Part shown: one piece after another, positions 10,823-23,767 of the stretch
Position numbering within the stretch: the first letter of the stretch is position 1
Layout: the number at the start of each line of letters is the position of its first letter
From: Parasitella parasitica NRRL 2501
Lineage: Eukaryota > Fungi > Mucoromycota
Direction: 5' to 3'
NCBI GenBank assembly: GCA_025201805.1
Contig: MU619286.1
Coordinates: 46,798-110,797 of the forward strand
Length of the DNA stretch: 64,000 nucleotides
Notes under the pieces: model-generated
What the model saw: only the letters and a program-made list of their open reading frames with translations
What the model was told of the DNA's origin: nothing
Database searches by the model: none
Position numbers and translations under genes: made by a program

Positions 10823-13800
10823 ATGGCAGAGGCTGACAAGCTTGAAGACGCGATTCAAACCGAAATTCCATTCGAGCAAGAATACAGCATCCAAAAGGAA
10901 GCAGCATCTTTACACGAGGAATCAGATGCGTTTCGATTGAATATCGTTAAATCTTGTAGAGAGGTTTTTTATGGACAAAGATCAACAGCCAGTTTTGTTA
11001 GACTCGCGTCTGCTCTCATCCTCGACAAGCAGGACGAGCTCAAAGAGTACAATCTTCCTGTCAAGACATACTACTTTAACAGCATAAAGTCCTATGAGAA
11101 TCTCTGGGATGAGGTTTTTGAAGTGAAAAAGACAAACGAGGACCGACAGAACTTGCCAGACCCAGAAAACATACGCAAATACAAATTATACACAACTCGC
11201 CTCGTAAACATAATCAAAGGACTAGTGGTAAAATCTCTCTCTCTCTTTTTTTTTTTTTCCTTTTCTTTAATAACAAAGCATGCCTGGCAACCCTCGTTTT
11301 TCTTTGCGTTATTCTATCGTCGTGTTGACCAATGTAAATCAAGTGCAATAATACTCAACGCAATCATTGCTCATATCGTAGGATTCCGGAGCCATCTCCA
11401 TCGGCGAATGCAAGCAGAATTTTCACAGTGGCCTCTTGTTTGAATGTGGATATGTGACAAACCATCGGTTGTTCGACCGTCGACTTGTGCGCTTAAATAC
11501 AGCATTACTGTAAGTCTCGCACTATGAGCCCCTCAAGCATGTTTTTTAATGCTATGCTAGTTACAAGCAAGACAAGTACAACTTGTCAAGAGAAGCGAAT
11601 GAAGGCTATGCTAGTCTTTTCAACGATCTTACAACTGCAAGCATCGATAATGAACGCGATGTCAAAGGAAAGCTTGTCGCTACTCCTTTAAACAGGATCC
11701 CTCTGTTTCTGGAAATCATCACAGCACACATGGGCGAATTTCACCTTGATCCTAACCGCGTGCTTGACATTATCCTCGATTTCTTCATTCGACAGCTGAC
11801 GGTCAATTACAACTTTTGGGTGGAACTCATCAAACAAGCAGATTGGATCCAAAAGATAAAAAACCAAGATGGCACAATCACTTACAAGCCTAGTTCCAAC
11901 ATGGGTCAATTATTTGGCTTTAGATTCTACAATTATCATGTAAGTGTCTGACATTTTGTGCAGCACAAGAACCCACTAAGCGCCAAGCACTCTCTAGATG
12001 GAGTACATTTCAGCACCAAAAGAATTATATCTCTCTATCGCAATTCTTTTAAAGAACAATCTGCTTTTATTAGGTGATTTAATACCTTATGTAAGTATTA
12101 NNNNNNNNNNNNNNNNNNNNNNNNNNNNNNNNNNNNNNNNGCAAATAGCAGATATTAATCGATTTCGATGGTTTATGCAAAATTAGCTTTTCCCCACTGA
12201 GCAAGAAATGGAGGAAGCTAAAAAACTATACAATACCAACATGAACAAAGAGATTAGCACTAATTCAGCAGGCGCTTTGGCCGTAAGTTTCGCGTCAATT
12301 TATTACTGGTATAGATGACTCACGCCAAAAAAATAGTTTTATGGTGCATTAGGAGAGGAAGGAGCAACACAAAAGCTTGACAGACGTCAGCAAACAGCTC
12401 TTGAAGAGGCTGAAGACGATGATGTTATGGAAATCACAAAAAAATACGCTGCCAACGATGTGGTTGAACTGACAAGAGCGTTAATATCTATCGGCGATCT
12501 CAAAAATGTAGAAACCATTTTGGCACACTATGACAAGTTGATAGATGTGCATCCAGAATTGGCTCATGACATTTACCGCCTGTGCAAAGCTGTCTTACAG
12601 CCTGCGTTTGAAGCTTTTGCTTCTGCAAAGACCAAGAAACGTGTCAACGTCTTACGAGAACGCGCACAACAATCGCGAATGAAATCAGCATTGACAACAG
12701 CAGAGAATCTCAATCCAACCATTCCTGAAACAATCAATAACAAGCGAGTATTGGTGCTCGACGCCCTCCTGGACGGCACTGAAGATCTTGTCAAAAAGGA
12801 AAGATATGTCTTTTTCTACAAAGAATGGCGCCAAGAGCTTCCTCAATGCACTCAGGTAGAGCATCTCACATCTCGTTTTTTACCTTTAATGCGTATGGCT
12901 GGTTATAGAACGCATTTGGCAACGGATCTGCTACAAACACTCAATTATATCTTGGAGGGCATAATTGATAGCAGCTCCAGCATTGCTGATGGTCGCTTAC
13001 ACTGCACAAACATGCTTCGAGAAATCGTATTGCCCTCCATATCATTCAGTGACCACAATCCTGGTACGATTGCGGATGCCTGGGAAGTCTGCTGTCGCCT
13101 CACATTCCAAGAGCGCTATGCTCTCTACGGTGAATGGTTTAATGATTTTTACAAAAAGAACACTGAAACAAAACTACTCAAGGCTCGCACCGAAAGAGAC
13201 ATCAAATACATTATGCGGCGTGTCGCTAAAAATGATGTTCGCCGCTGTGGCCGTGATTTAGGCAAGCTGGCTCATTCAAATCCTACAATTGTGTTTAATA
13301 TCATGCTGGACCAAATCCAACAGATGGACAATCTTGCTACATTGATTCCTGATGCTTGTCGTTACCTGGGTGATTGTGCTTACGATGTACTTGGTTATGT
13401 TCTCACTGAAAAGTGGACTGGATCTCAGGGCCCCGCAAAGATGCTCAAAAAGAAGGAAAAGGACGATGGCATGCCTGCCACATGGTTACGTTCTCTTGCT
13501 GTGTTCACTGGCATGGTCTTCAAGAAACAAAGCATTGACGTTACACCCCTTTTGCGTTATATTGCTGCTCGTTTACGCTATCCAGACTCTGTACCTGATC
13601 TTATTTTGCTCAATGAATTTGTCACAAAATTAGGAGGCATCGAGATTCTCGGAAGTGCGACTACTGATGATCAGATAATAGCAGCTGGCTGTGCTGAATC
13701 TGTTAAATCAGAGGCCTTTTTAGCTGTTGACGTCGAAAACAGACGTGCCAACCGTCGTGTCCTGGAGCGTCTCAAGGAATCCATGCGTAGAAACAATGTG

Positions 13801-16242
13801 GGGTTAGAGATTCTTATCTTGACAGTCTTCTTGGAGGAATCAGTTCTCAACGAGAAGGGTGTGCCTGCTAGCGATAGAAGTGCAAGACTTGATCGTGTTC
13901 ATCAAGCGCAGGCACAGTATTTTCAATTATTCACAGAATTATTCGAAGGAGAAGAATTTGCAGCTCTCATGCCAGATGTTGATGTGCTTGTAAAAGAATA
14001 TGGGCTTCCTATGAATGTTGCCTTGAACTTCAATCGACCCAAGATGCAACTTAAACTCAAGAACAGCATTGACGTACCAGTCGTCGAAGGTCAAGTATGG
14101 GAACCATTTCAGGAGCTGACCAACTCTGTGCCCAGTCTCATGAACAATCCTTTTTGGTTGGATATCTTTCCAGCTGAATTCTATGTTATCTTTTGGCAGC
14201 TCGGCAACTATGACATTTACTGTCCAGAATTGCAATACGAAAATGCAATAAAGATTCAAACTGAAATTATCCGCCAATGCCAAGATCCTCGAAGCCAGCT
14301 GTCCTTGAGCAACCGCCCCAACACTGTATCAAAGAAGGAACGTCAAGCAGAGTCGACATTGGAAGCTATCAAGAAGGATTTACGACAACACAAGGCTCAT
14401 GTTACTAAAATAATGTCCGTGCTGGAGGAATCCAAGAAGCGCTGGTTCCCCAATCTGAATCAACGCACTGCCCAGATTGCAAGCATCTTACAATACTGCT
14501 TTTTACCTCGTAGCCGTCAGTCAGAGATTGATGCCACTTTCTGCTACCAATTCACCATGTTGATGCATCGACTCAATGTGCCTCAATTCTCAAGTTTGAC
14601 TTTGTTTGATAAACTGTTCTCTGATATTACGCCTTGCTTTATTGCTTTCTCCGAATATGAAACAACCATATATGCGCGATATATTTTCAAGGCATTCTCA
14701 AAGATGCAAGCATGGCATAGCGACGAAAAACTGTACATGAAAGAAGCTCATGATGGCGTGGTTGGATTCCAAAAGAACTGGAGTGCTGTTCCTACGCCTG
14801 TCGAAAAGGAGGATTTACTCAGCTTCAACGACTTTCAACGTGTATTGCACAAATGGCACATTAAATGCACAGCCTCAATTACTCAAGCCCTCAAAACCGG
14901 TGAACAGCATGTTATGAAGAATGCCTTTTTGGTGCTTCGTCAATTTGTTCCTTGCTATCCAGCAGTAGAGGATCATGGCAATATCATTGTTGGTATTGTT
15001 ACTAAATTGGTAGAAGAAGAATCCCGTAGTAATGTCAAGGTATTGGCTCGAAGTTATCTTGCTTTGATCAAGAAATACAAGGAAAAATGGGTCAGCAAGA
15101 ACAAGTTTTTGAATCTGAAAGAATCAGCACCGCCTGTCGAAATCAGAATCGCCCCAGCAGGTTCCAACTCTCCCAGCATTGCCTCAGCTACAACAGCCGC
15201 CAATAACAATACATCCACCACTATCGCCACTTCAAGTAACTGCGCAACATCTTCTTCAGAGGACAAGGAAAAGCCATCCAGCAGTCGCCGCGATGAGAAT
15301 AGCAGCAGCACTAAGAATGAAGATTCAAGCAGAAAGTGTGACAACACGGATAGTAAACGTTCGTCATCATCATCAAGAGCTGATAGCCCTACCCGACGTT
15401 TTGAAGATAAGCCCAAGAGCTCTACTCAACACACCTCACCGTCGAGATCACCTGACAAAAAACGCTCTAGAGAACAAGAACCTACTAGTAGTAGTCGATC
15501 TGACAAGATTCTTCGCATTGATGAATCCAGCTCTGACCGTCGTCATTATCGCACTTCAACATCCTCTTCATCTAGCAGAAGAAACTCGCCACGTCGCACT
15601 TCGCCCAGAGATACAAAAGACAACTCTAGCCGTATTCATACTCCTTTACGCAGTAGCAACGATCCTGCTCGTCCGAGAGAAGTTGCCAGAGACGGTGGAC
15701 GCGACACTACCGCTACCCGAGATAGTACAAGAGACTCTAGCCGTGGATTATCAACTCGCGAAAATGACAGAGAATCTTCTTCTCAAGATGCAAATTCTAA
15801 TAGAGAGCCAGAGCGTGACAATCGCAAAGATCCCTCTGCCCCTATTCCTCGAGGCCGTGGTGCTGCGTCTCTCACTCAAACCAGCCCTACAACAAATAGC
15901 CGCATTGATGATCGCCTAAATAGACCTTCTTCGAGGACCCAAACAGACTTGAACAGCAGTAGCGCCCCCCGACGTGATGATCGTAGTGCAACCGCAGTTC
16001 GAACAGTGACGATTGGATCAAAACGACCAGCTGAAAGTGAGAGAGATCGTGAACGTGATAAGCGTAGAGAGATTCGAGATGTTCGAAACGACCGAGTCAG
16101 AGTTGAAAGACGCCCTGATGACAGAAGAGCAGGAGACGATCGCCGAAGAGATGACAGAAGAGTAGATGACAGAAGATTGGACGACAGAAGAGTGGACGAC
16201 AGAAGAGAACGCGAAAGACATGATCGTCGCAGAAGACACTAA
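10823..16242 (+). CDS. THO2: THO complex subunit 2 (THOC2/Tho2), multi-exon; N gap in an intron at 12101-12140
   Basis: RLNTALL|YKQDKYNLSREANEGYASL, GEFHLDPNRVLDIILD, RYALYGEW, MRRVAKNDVRRCGRDLGKLAHSNP, YCFLPRSRQSEIDATFC. Long charged low-complexity C-terminus. Confidence 0.95.
16117..16206 (+). repeat. Coding tandem repeats (~15 bp unit) encoding DDRRx in the THO2 C-terminus
   Basis: GA(T/C)GACAGAAGA(GTA/TTG/GTG) units translate as DDRRAG-DDRRR-DDRRV-DDRRL-DDRRV-DDRR. Confidence 0.8.
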
Positions 16243-16773
16243 CATAGCTGTCTAATGTCATGGTTAGTTAGTTTGTAAATTAGAAAACATTGCTGTTTGC
16301 ATGCTTGATAAAATGGTAGAAAGGCCCATTTGTCTGGTGCCAAATAAATGTAATTAAAATAAAATCAATTTCTTCATGATAGACTCAGAGTAAGACGCAA
16401 AGGAGGGAGTGTACATGCTTTCGTTTTATTATGGCCATGTAGCTCACAAATACACGTGTTTTGAAAGAATAAATTGGATAAGCAAACGCTCGTTACAATT
16501 TAGCTAGCCTTGGTCTATTGTTGCTTTGAGGCTTTAAAATTTCGCTTCGTCACAGAAAGAAGCATTTCTTCCTGAACTGCCTGTACCGCGTATACCGTAT
16601 ACCGTAACAGTTCCCCATATAACAAGATCAATGCCTTCCAACACTTGACGGTGACTGTTTGCCCTTTGTCAAGGATACGATTCCCGTACATACATTGAAT
16701 TTTTCGTATTCCCCCCCCCCCCCTCTTTCAAATTATTCTTGTTTCAATTCAAGATACATTTGCAAAAAAAAAA

Positions 16774-18853
16774 ATGAGTAGCGAAGTTGAATCGAAAGGA
16801 CGATTTGACGCCTTGAAGCAGGCTGAAGCAGCAAGAGTATCTACTCGTGCTGGTGGTGCCTACATCCCACCTCATCGATTGCGTCAGTTGCAACAATCTG
16901 TTAAAGACACGAGTAGTGAAGAATATCAACGTATCACTTGGGAAGCTCTCAAAAAGTCCATCAACGGTCTTATCAACAAAGTAAACACATCAAACGTCAA
17001 GATGATTATACCGGAGCTATTTGGAGAAAACTTGATTCGTGGACGAGGCCTCTACTGCCGTAGTATGATGAAGGCGCAACAAGCAAGTTTGCCCTTTACG
17101 CCTGTGTATGCTGCAGTTACAGCAGTTATAAATACCAAGATACCAGACGTTGGTGAGCTATTATTGACTCGATTAGTTCTTCAGTTTAGAAGGGCATTCA
17201 GACGTAACGATAAGGTACCATGATTTCATCGCGTTAATGTATAATTTGAATCACTAACAAAGCAGCCTTTACTAGACCTCTTGTCTTGCAACGACCATGT
17301 TTATTGCTCATCTGACCAACCAACTTCTTGCTCATGAAGTCCTCGCGCTTCAAATCCTGGCGCTTTTACTAGAAAGGCCTACTGACGATTCAGTGGAAAT
17401 TGCTGTTGGTTTTATGCGTGAAGTTGGCGCACTTTTAGCTCAAGTGTCTCCCAAAGCCAACAATGCTATTTACGAACGATTCAGAGCAGTTTTACATGAA
17501 GGAGAAATCGATAAGCGTATCCAGTACATGATTGAAGTCCTTTTCCAAGTTCGCAAAGACAAATACAAAGACAATGAACCTGTCATCAAAGAACTCGATT
17601 TGGTAGAAGAGGATGATCAGATGGTACACAATATTAGCCTGGACGACGACGACTTGGACCCTCAAGATATGCTCAATATTTTCAAATACGATCCCGACTA
17701 TGATGAAAACGAGAAAACATACAGCGCATTCAAAGCAGAGATTTTGGGAGACGACGAGGATGATCAAGATGGAAGCGGGTCGTCAAGCGATTCTGAGAGT
17801 GGAAGTGGGGAGGATTCTGATCAAGAAGATGAGCACACAATGGAGATTTTGGATCAAACAAACATCGACATGATTGAACTTCGCAGAAAGATTTATTTGA
17901 CTGTCATGTCCAGTGTAAACTTTGAAGAAGCTTGTCATAAACTGATGAAAATTGACATCCCTGAAGGCCATGAGGTAAGGTTAAAATCGATTTTCAGGTG
18001 CTTTTCACGACGCATTGACAATATTGCATAGATTGAATTATGTAACATGATCATTGAATGTTGTTCACAAGAGCGTACATATCTCAAATACTACGGTTTG
18101 ATGGCAGAGCGTTTCTGTAAAATGAACCGTCTCTGGGTAGAAAATTTCAACACTGCTTTCAACGAAGTGTACGAAACTATTCATCGTTACGAAACCAACA
18201 GACTTCGCAACATTGGTAAACTGTTTTCTCACCTTTTCAGCACAGACTCATTACCGTGGACCGCTTTTCACATTATTCGCTTGACAGAGGAGGACACGAC
18301 TTCTGCCTCCAGAATTTTCGTAAAAATCTTATTCCAAGAAATTAACGAATTCCTGGGCCTCAAGACTCTCAAAGAACGCTTATTAGATCCTTATATGCTG
18401 GAAAGCTTATCTGGAATGTTCCCCAAAGACAATCCCAAGAACACTCGCTTTGCAATCAACTATTGGACTAGTATTGGTCTTGGCGCTTTGACTGAAGATT
18501 TGAGAGATTGGTTAAGAAATGCACCTCAGCAGGCTTTCAAACGTGCTGCCAGTGATAGCAGCAGTGATAGCAGCAGCGATAGTGGCAGTGGAAGCGATAG
18601 CGGCAGCGACAGTGATAGCAGCAGTGGAAGCAGCAGTGGAAGCAGCAGTGGAAGCAGCAGAAGTGGTAGTAGCTCCAGTAGCTATAGTAGCCGTAGCCGT
18701 AGCCGTTACCGCAGTAGACGTAGGCGTAATAGCAGCAGTGGTAACAGCAGCAGTGGTAGCGACACCAATAGTGATAGTAGCAGCGGTAGTGATAGACGAA
18801 GACGTAGCAAACGCAGTAGACGTTCTTCAAATGACTATAAAAAAAGAAGATAA
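16774..18853 (+). CDS. CWC22: Pre-mRNA splicing factor Cwc22 (MIF4G + MA3), 3 exons
   Basis: Exons 16774-17214, 17276-17974, 18032-18853. Motifs GGAYIPPHRL, EYQRITWEALKKSINGLINKVN, ETNRLRNIGKLF and NTRFAINYWTSIGLGALTE. Confidence 0.97.
18551..18795 (+). repeat. Coding AGC/AGT-rich tandem repeats (Ser/Gly/Asp and RS tail of Cwc22)
   Basis: Repeated agcagcagtgga, agtgatagcagc and agccgt units. Confidence 0.8.
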
Positions 18854-19286
18854 AAAAAGCGCAGTTAATAAAGACGATCATTTTGTATACAATAGATTTC
18901 TTTGCAGATGTGAGCTTTGAAATTAATAATATATGAGAGATTTATTTGTATAGTGCGTTCTAGCATCAATTTGTACAAAAAAAAAAAAGGATGAATCCAA
19001 ACGTCGGTAGCGATGACCGTAAAGGTAAAGGGTTTCAAAATGAATTGCATGTAAGATCGATAAAAGTTAGGGTGCTCCAAAGTTATGAAAGACTGAATAC
19101 TCAACCTATTAGCCGATTATCGAATTATGAAGCTGAATACTAGCAGTTAAACCACCACATAGAATTTTCAATAAAAAAGGCCCCTTGGTTATACGCAAAA
19201 TTAACAGAATTTCGCAAGGATGATCCTACTGTTAGAGTTGGCAATAGGATATATAGTGATAAAATGGTTACCATTATTCTGACTAT

Positions 19287-19300
19287 GTTGCCATAGCAAC
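19287..19300. promoter_or_regulatory. RFX X-box-like palindrome GTTGCCATAGCAAC
   Basis: One mismatch from the canonical GTTGCCATGGCAAC. The identical 14-mer occurs at 23518-23531. Confidence 0.4.
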
Positions 19301-19473
19301 CGTCCAGGACCTGATACAATGTTAAATGTCGATAATTTTTAATAAAACAAAAATAATAGTAAATTAAGTTAATCATGAATGCCTTGTACAAAGAAGCCAT
19401 TTATTTTACTTCTGCTTACTTTACGGTAAATTTATTAAGAAATGACTCAAACATGCATAATGATATCAAAGTC

Positions 19474-19620
19474 CAATCTATCACCATTCAGACACTCTAT
19501 ATAGGTATCAAACAATATTAGATTATGCTTGATTTTATGACTCGATAAACTATATGTTCATCAAAGCCGTTGCAGTTGCATTATTTCTAGATAAAAAATC
19601 GCAAGAATCTTAAACCCCAT
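19474..19620 (+). repeat. Diverged ~150-bp direct repeat, copy 1 (copy 2 at 21462-21612)
   Basis: caatctatcaccattcagacactc...tatgcttgattttatgactcgataaa...aaagccgttgcagttgcattatttctagata aligns by eye with copy 2. Confidence 0.75.
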
Positions 19621-19925
19621 ACAAGTTTGATTGCTTCCCTATACAAAAATCCCGGCTTCAACATCAAAACAATGCATTGTAAACTCAATTATCAATGTAT
19701 ATAAATCTCGACTATTATATATGTGGTGAGAAAATGTCAATAATATATATATATATACTTCTTTATACTGTAAAATAGGCATACTCACTGATGGCATAAC
19801 TATTTCATATAACTCTCTTCTAGTCTATTCTCTTCTAGTCTATATTCTCTTCTGCCACATATTTTGTTGGAATGAAATATATACTATTACTTTCACCATT
19901 TTCGGCCAAGTTTATTCCTTTCTGG

Positions 19926-20328
19926 TGTGCCAGTGTAAAGGCGCAACGAAATGTTGTGTAAATGTTATATGAAAAAAGTAATAAAGACTTTTTTTTTGGA
20001 ATTAAGCCAGATACAAAACTAAAGACTTTTATTGACATGAGATATCATCTCTATTCATACTAAAATATACCCCAATCAATGCTCATCCACATAACGTCTG
20101 ATGTTTGACAGGAAGTGTCAAACATTTTAAATCACAGCATGTCTAGGGCTGACCTATTCTTCTATTTTACATTAAAGAGAAGATTGCGGGTAGGATATGT
20201 CTTCCCGATATCCCGCGATCTGATCTTGATGTATTCTTTGAATAAGCCTGGAACCTTGTAAGAGGTCCAATTACAACCTGTAGAACTCATTCTTTCTTTG
20301 TAAAAGAATTACCAACAATTAATATCAT
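19926..20328 (+). repeat. ~400-bp dispersed repeat, copy A (inverted copy B at 63290-63697); probable non-autonomous mobile element
   Basis: Long blocks such as gaaatgttgtgtaaatgttatatgaaa, cccaatcaatgctcatccacataac, tctattttacattaaagagaagattgcgggtaggat and gatcttgatgtattctttgaata are reverse complements of copy B. Confidence 0.9.
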
Positions 20329-21461
20329 GATCCGTACATTATAATAACCAAGTTAGATGCGGACATATTTAGCCTTTATATAGATACTACACTTTCATTA
20401 AATTCATCCCCTATTTTCAACATCCCAAAGCAAAAAACTTGAAACGGTTTCTGCAGAGAAATTTTGATAGGCATATCGCCCAGTGGAAAGCAAGTTTTGC
20501 TCAGATAGAGATAATCATGCCTGTTCTTATGGAGCATAGTACAATGTTTATTTTGCTCTTTATTATCGAAGCCTATCATCGATTATATGCAATTCTGATA
20601 TGTAAATTTGTGATATCATCTGATAGTTTTATAGGTGCCAATAAAAACATGGAAGTCAATGTTGTTTTCAGATAGTGCCAAATCAACGCCAAGTTTTCCA
20701 AGTTAGATCGCGGTTCTATAATCATTTTAGCACAAGTTGTGAGCAAATATGTGATGTTTATGATAAATATATTGAAGAGTAAAACTGTTTCTCAGATAGC
20801 TTTTGCTAACCACATCACCCCTAGTGGAGATCAAGTTATGCTCAGGTAGCGATTGGAATGAAATAATACGTTTTATTCTCATATTATCATTATTTATATG
20901 AATTGAATTCCACGATTGAAGCCTCATCAAAAGAACACTCATATTAAATCCGCAGGCACAAAAAATACAGCTATATTTTAAAAATGTTGAGATCTGCAAG
21001 ATCGAAAATAAGAAAAGTATAGAATAAAACGCTGAATTAACGAGATACGAAAACTTGAGATTACTTTATTAAAGATTCAACTTTGCATCGGCTATTTATA
21101 CTTTTTACAACTACATAATTTTTTGGTGACTTTTTTAAAATACTAGTCGATGCTAATCGATAAGAGTAATTTGCAAGCAATATCATATCCTTAACAGGGT
21201 ACGATATAACATTATACTACAAGGCTATTGATTTTTGAACTGACAGCACCTTATTGTTTTTGTCAATCATACAGATCTGTATCACAGATAACCTTCTTGA
21301 TTTGAAACAAAGACTTTATTCTCCTGTTTCGACAGGTACATATAACAACACATCATTGGACAATCTCCAATCTTTAATTGAAGTACGTATTCATGATCTC
21401 CTACCCTACATCATGGCAGATCAAAAAGAATCCGTGAGCAATTGCGCTCCTGATTAAAATA

Positions 21462-21612
21462 CAATCTATCATGATTCAGACACTCCTTCTACCAAGTAAT
21501 ACTCTGTTAATATGCTCGATTTTATGATTCAATAAAGCATATGCTCTACATGAAAGCCGTTGTTGCATTAATTCTAAATATGAACAATAACATCACGAAT
21601 CCTCAAACCCAT
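21462..21612 (+). repeat. Diverged ~150-bp direct repeat, copy 2
   Basis: caatctatcatgattcagacactc...tatgctcgattttatgattcaataaa...aaagccgttgttgcattaattctaaata. Confidence 0.75.
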
Positions 21613-22548
21613 GAAAATGATCTGCCATAATTATAGGTAGGAGATCATATGGCAACGAACTTCAACTGAAGGTTGGAGAGTATCAAATGACGTGATGTTA
21701 TTCGCTTGTGTAAACCGAAGAAGAAAATCTTTGTTTCAAAATCAAAAGGTTACCCCTATAACACATGTCTGTGCACCAGGATAAAGATTAAGGCACTGTC
21801 AGATCAAAGACGTATAGCCCTTGTTTTATAACCTTACATCGTGCCCTGTAAAGTAGATTGTTACTCATTAAAAATCCAATAAAATGAAAATGAAAATTAT
21901 GAGTAGGGAATAAAAAGAGAACTCATGCACTCTTTTTAAAATAATATGGCACACTTTGTTTGCGAATGTGTCTTTTGATAAAGAAGCTAATATTGCACAG
22001 ATTTATCTTTTATATTCACTATGTCTGTTCTGTTCGTAATTTCAGAATTAGTAGCCTTCAGAGATCAGACGGCACTCTTTTTTTTTTAAATGCATCAACA
22101 TTTACCGTATTAGTTTCCCCAAATCTTTGAAGAATTAATAGGATTTCAAATTTTGATTTAATTTAATGAAAATACAGTTTATGGATTGTCAACGCATGCT
22201 ATTCAAATTCATATTTTTACTGTCGTATTATCAATCGAAAAGACTCGACGCTCCGAAATTTAAAAATAACAATGTCTCACTACGAAAGGTCTTTTAAAAG
22301 ATATAATGATCACAGCAATTGATCAAAGATGTGGTTCAAGCAAATTTACTGACAAATGTATGGTTGGACGTATCTACAGTGTTATTATAAAATGCTATCG
22401 TGTCCATTTCTATTGTTTACTTATCCCAACAAAATAATATAACAAAACATGTAAGTTTTATTTTATTTTTTACTTTATTGCCTCGAACAAAATGACAGAG
22501 CAAATAAGGAGGTGACTCCAGTTCTTAGCAACGCTTTCAATAAATTCC

Positions 22549-23264
22549 TTAGATAAGAGTTTCGTAAGGAATAGGAGCAAGGGTTTGAGGAACGTTGAAC
22601 TTGGTGGAGATGTGGCGAGCTTCACGAGGTTGAGCAGGGATTCTCTTCAAGTTGTAAGGGACTAATAAACATGTTCATTAAATCACAGTTATCTTAATAA
22701 TATATAATCAAAACATTTACCCTTAGCTGCGACAGCTTCCTTCTTCTTTTGAGCATTGGAGACAACACGGTCCAAGAACTCTTGACGGCACTTGGAGTGC
22801 TTGACGTGTTCAACACGAACATTGATACGCTTCTCCATATAACGGTTACCAACTTTCTTGTGAACGAGGACACCAACTGAGGATTTGGTGACGTTGTAGA
22901 TGACACCAGTACGACTATTGATGTCAATATATGAATAATTTATACAAAATCTCCATTCACTATGTAATTTTACCCATGGTAGAACTTGTGGGGCATACCC
23001 TTTTGGACAGCAGCATTGGCCTTGACATCGACGATATCACCAACCTTGTAAGTCTTCAAGTAAGTGGAGAGAGGGATGGAACCATGCTCTCTGAACTTAC
23101 GAGAGAACATGTGGCGAGTACGAGCGCGAACTAAAATTTAGAATCGAATATCAACAAAACTGTAAAATCCATATGACTCACAAGCAGAACATGCTGTCTA
23201 AATGTCTACTGTGTATCGGCGTCAGTCAGCAAAACTACTACTTACGACCAAACGAGTGAGGCAT
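22549..23264 (-). CDS. RPL21: 60S ribosomal protein eL21, 4 exons
   Basis: Exons 23264-23246 (MPHSFG), 23130-22974, 22914-22721, 22661-22549. [16 protein letters not shown]...[10 protein letters not shown]|[15 protein letters not shown]...[13 protein letters not shown]. Confidence 0.97.
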
Positions 23265-23333
23265 CTTGTACGAAGTGGTATGGAAAGAGACCGAAAAAAG
23301 GAACTGCAAGGAAAAAAATTGTTAATAAAGAGG

Positions 23334-23369
<36 letters not shown>

Positions 23370-23517
23370 TGTAGTGGCTTAGTGACAATGAAGATGGCTA
23401 GTAGTAGTAGGATATTGGTATATTGCATGGGATGGAATGGTCTTGTCTATGCAAATGGAATACATGAGAATATTCGTTTAGATTTTAGTATCATTAATAT
23501 AATCTGGTCAATAAATT

Positions 23518-23531
23518 GTTGCCATAGCAAC
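23518..23531. promoter_or_regulatory. RFX X-box-like palindrome in the RPL21/RPS9 bidirectional promoter
   Basis: GTTGCCATAGCAAC lies near the midpoint between the two ATGs (23264 and 23768). Confidence 0.5.
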
Positions 23532-23767
23532 GATGAAGATGTGATGACTCTGACAATATACAAACGTCTATATTTTTATGATCGTTTGACATTATTCAAT
23601 CATGTTTCGCATGTTTGCGATTAGTAGTGGCTTGTTTAATAAAGCCAATCAATGTTGCAAAAGTAGAAAATTTTTCACTTGTTACTGGGTTTTTCAAATT
23701 GTTGATAAAATAGAAGGCATTAAGGTGCAATTGTAGAGATCCTTCTCTTTAACTACTACTTACAAGT

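Noticed and set aside
15179-18920. Long alternative-frame or antisense ORFs over the THO2 and CWC22 tails (e.g. 15179-15919, 18519-18920, 18537-18881)
   Set aside because: By-products of low-complexity Ser/Arg codon repeats.
19835-20038. Small ORFs 19835-20038 and 63581-63772, both starting M..KVFSFV and ending ID
   Set aside because: They lie in the two repeat copies and the frames diverge after ~9 codons through non-triplet indels, so coding is not conserved.
20095-20130. Hammerhead ribozyme in the dispersed repeat
   Set aside because: The core reads CTGATGT rather than CTGANGA, and there is no GAAA after the stem.
23131-23245. Long RPL21 intron 1 as a snoRNA host
   Set aside because: No RUGAUGA C box with a terminal CUGA, and no clear H/ACA layout on the sense strand.
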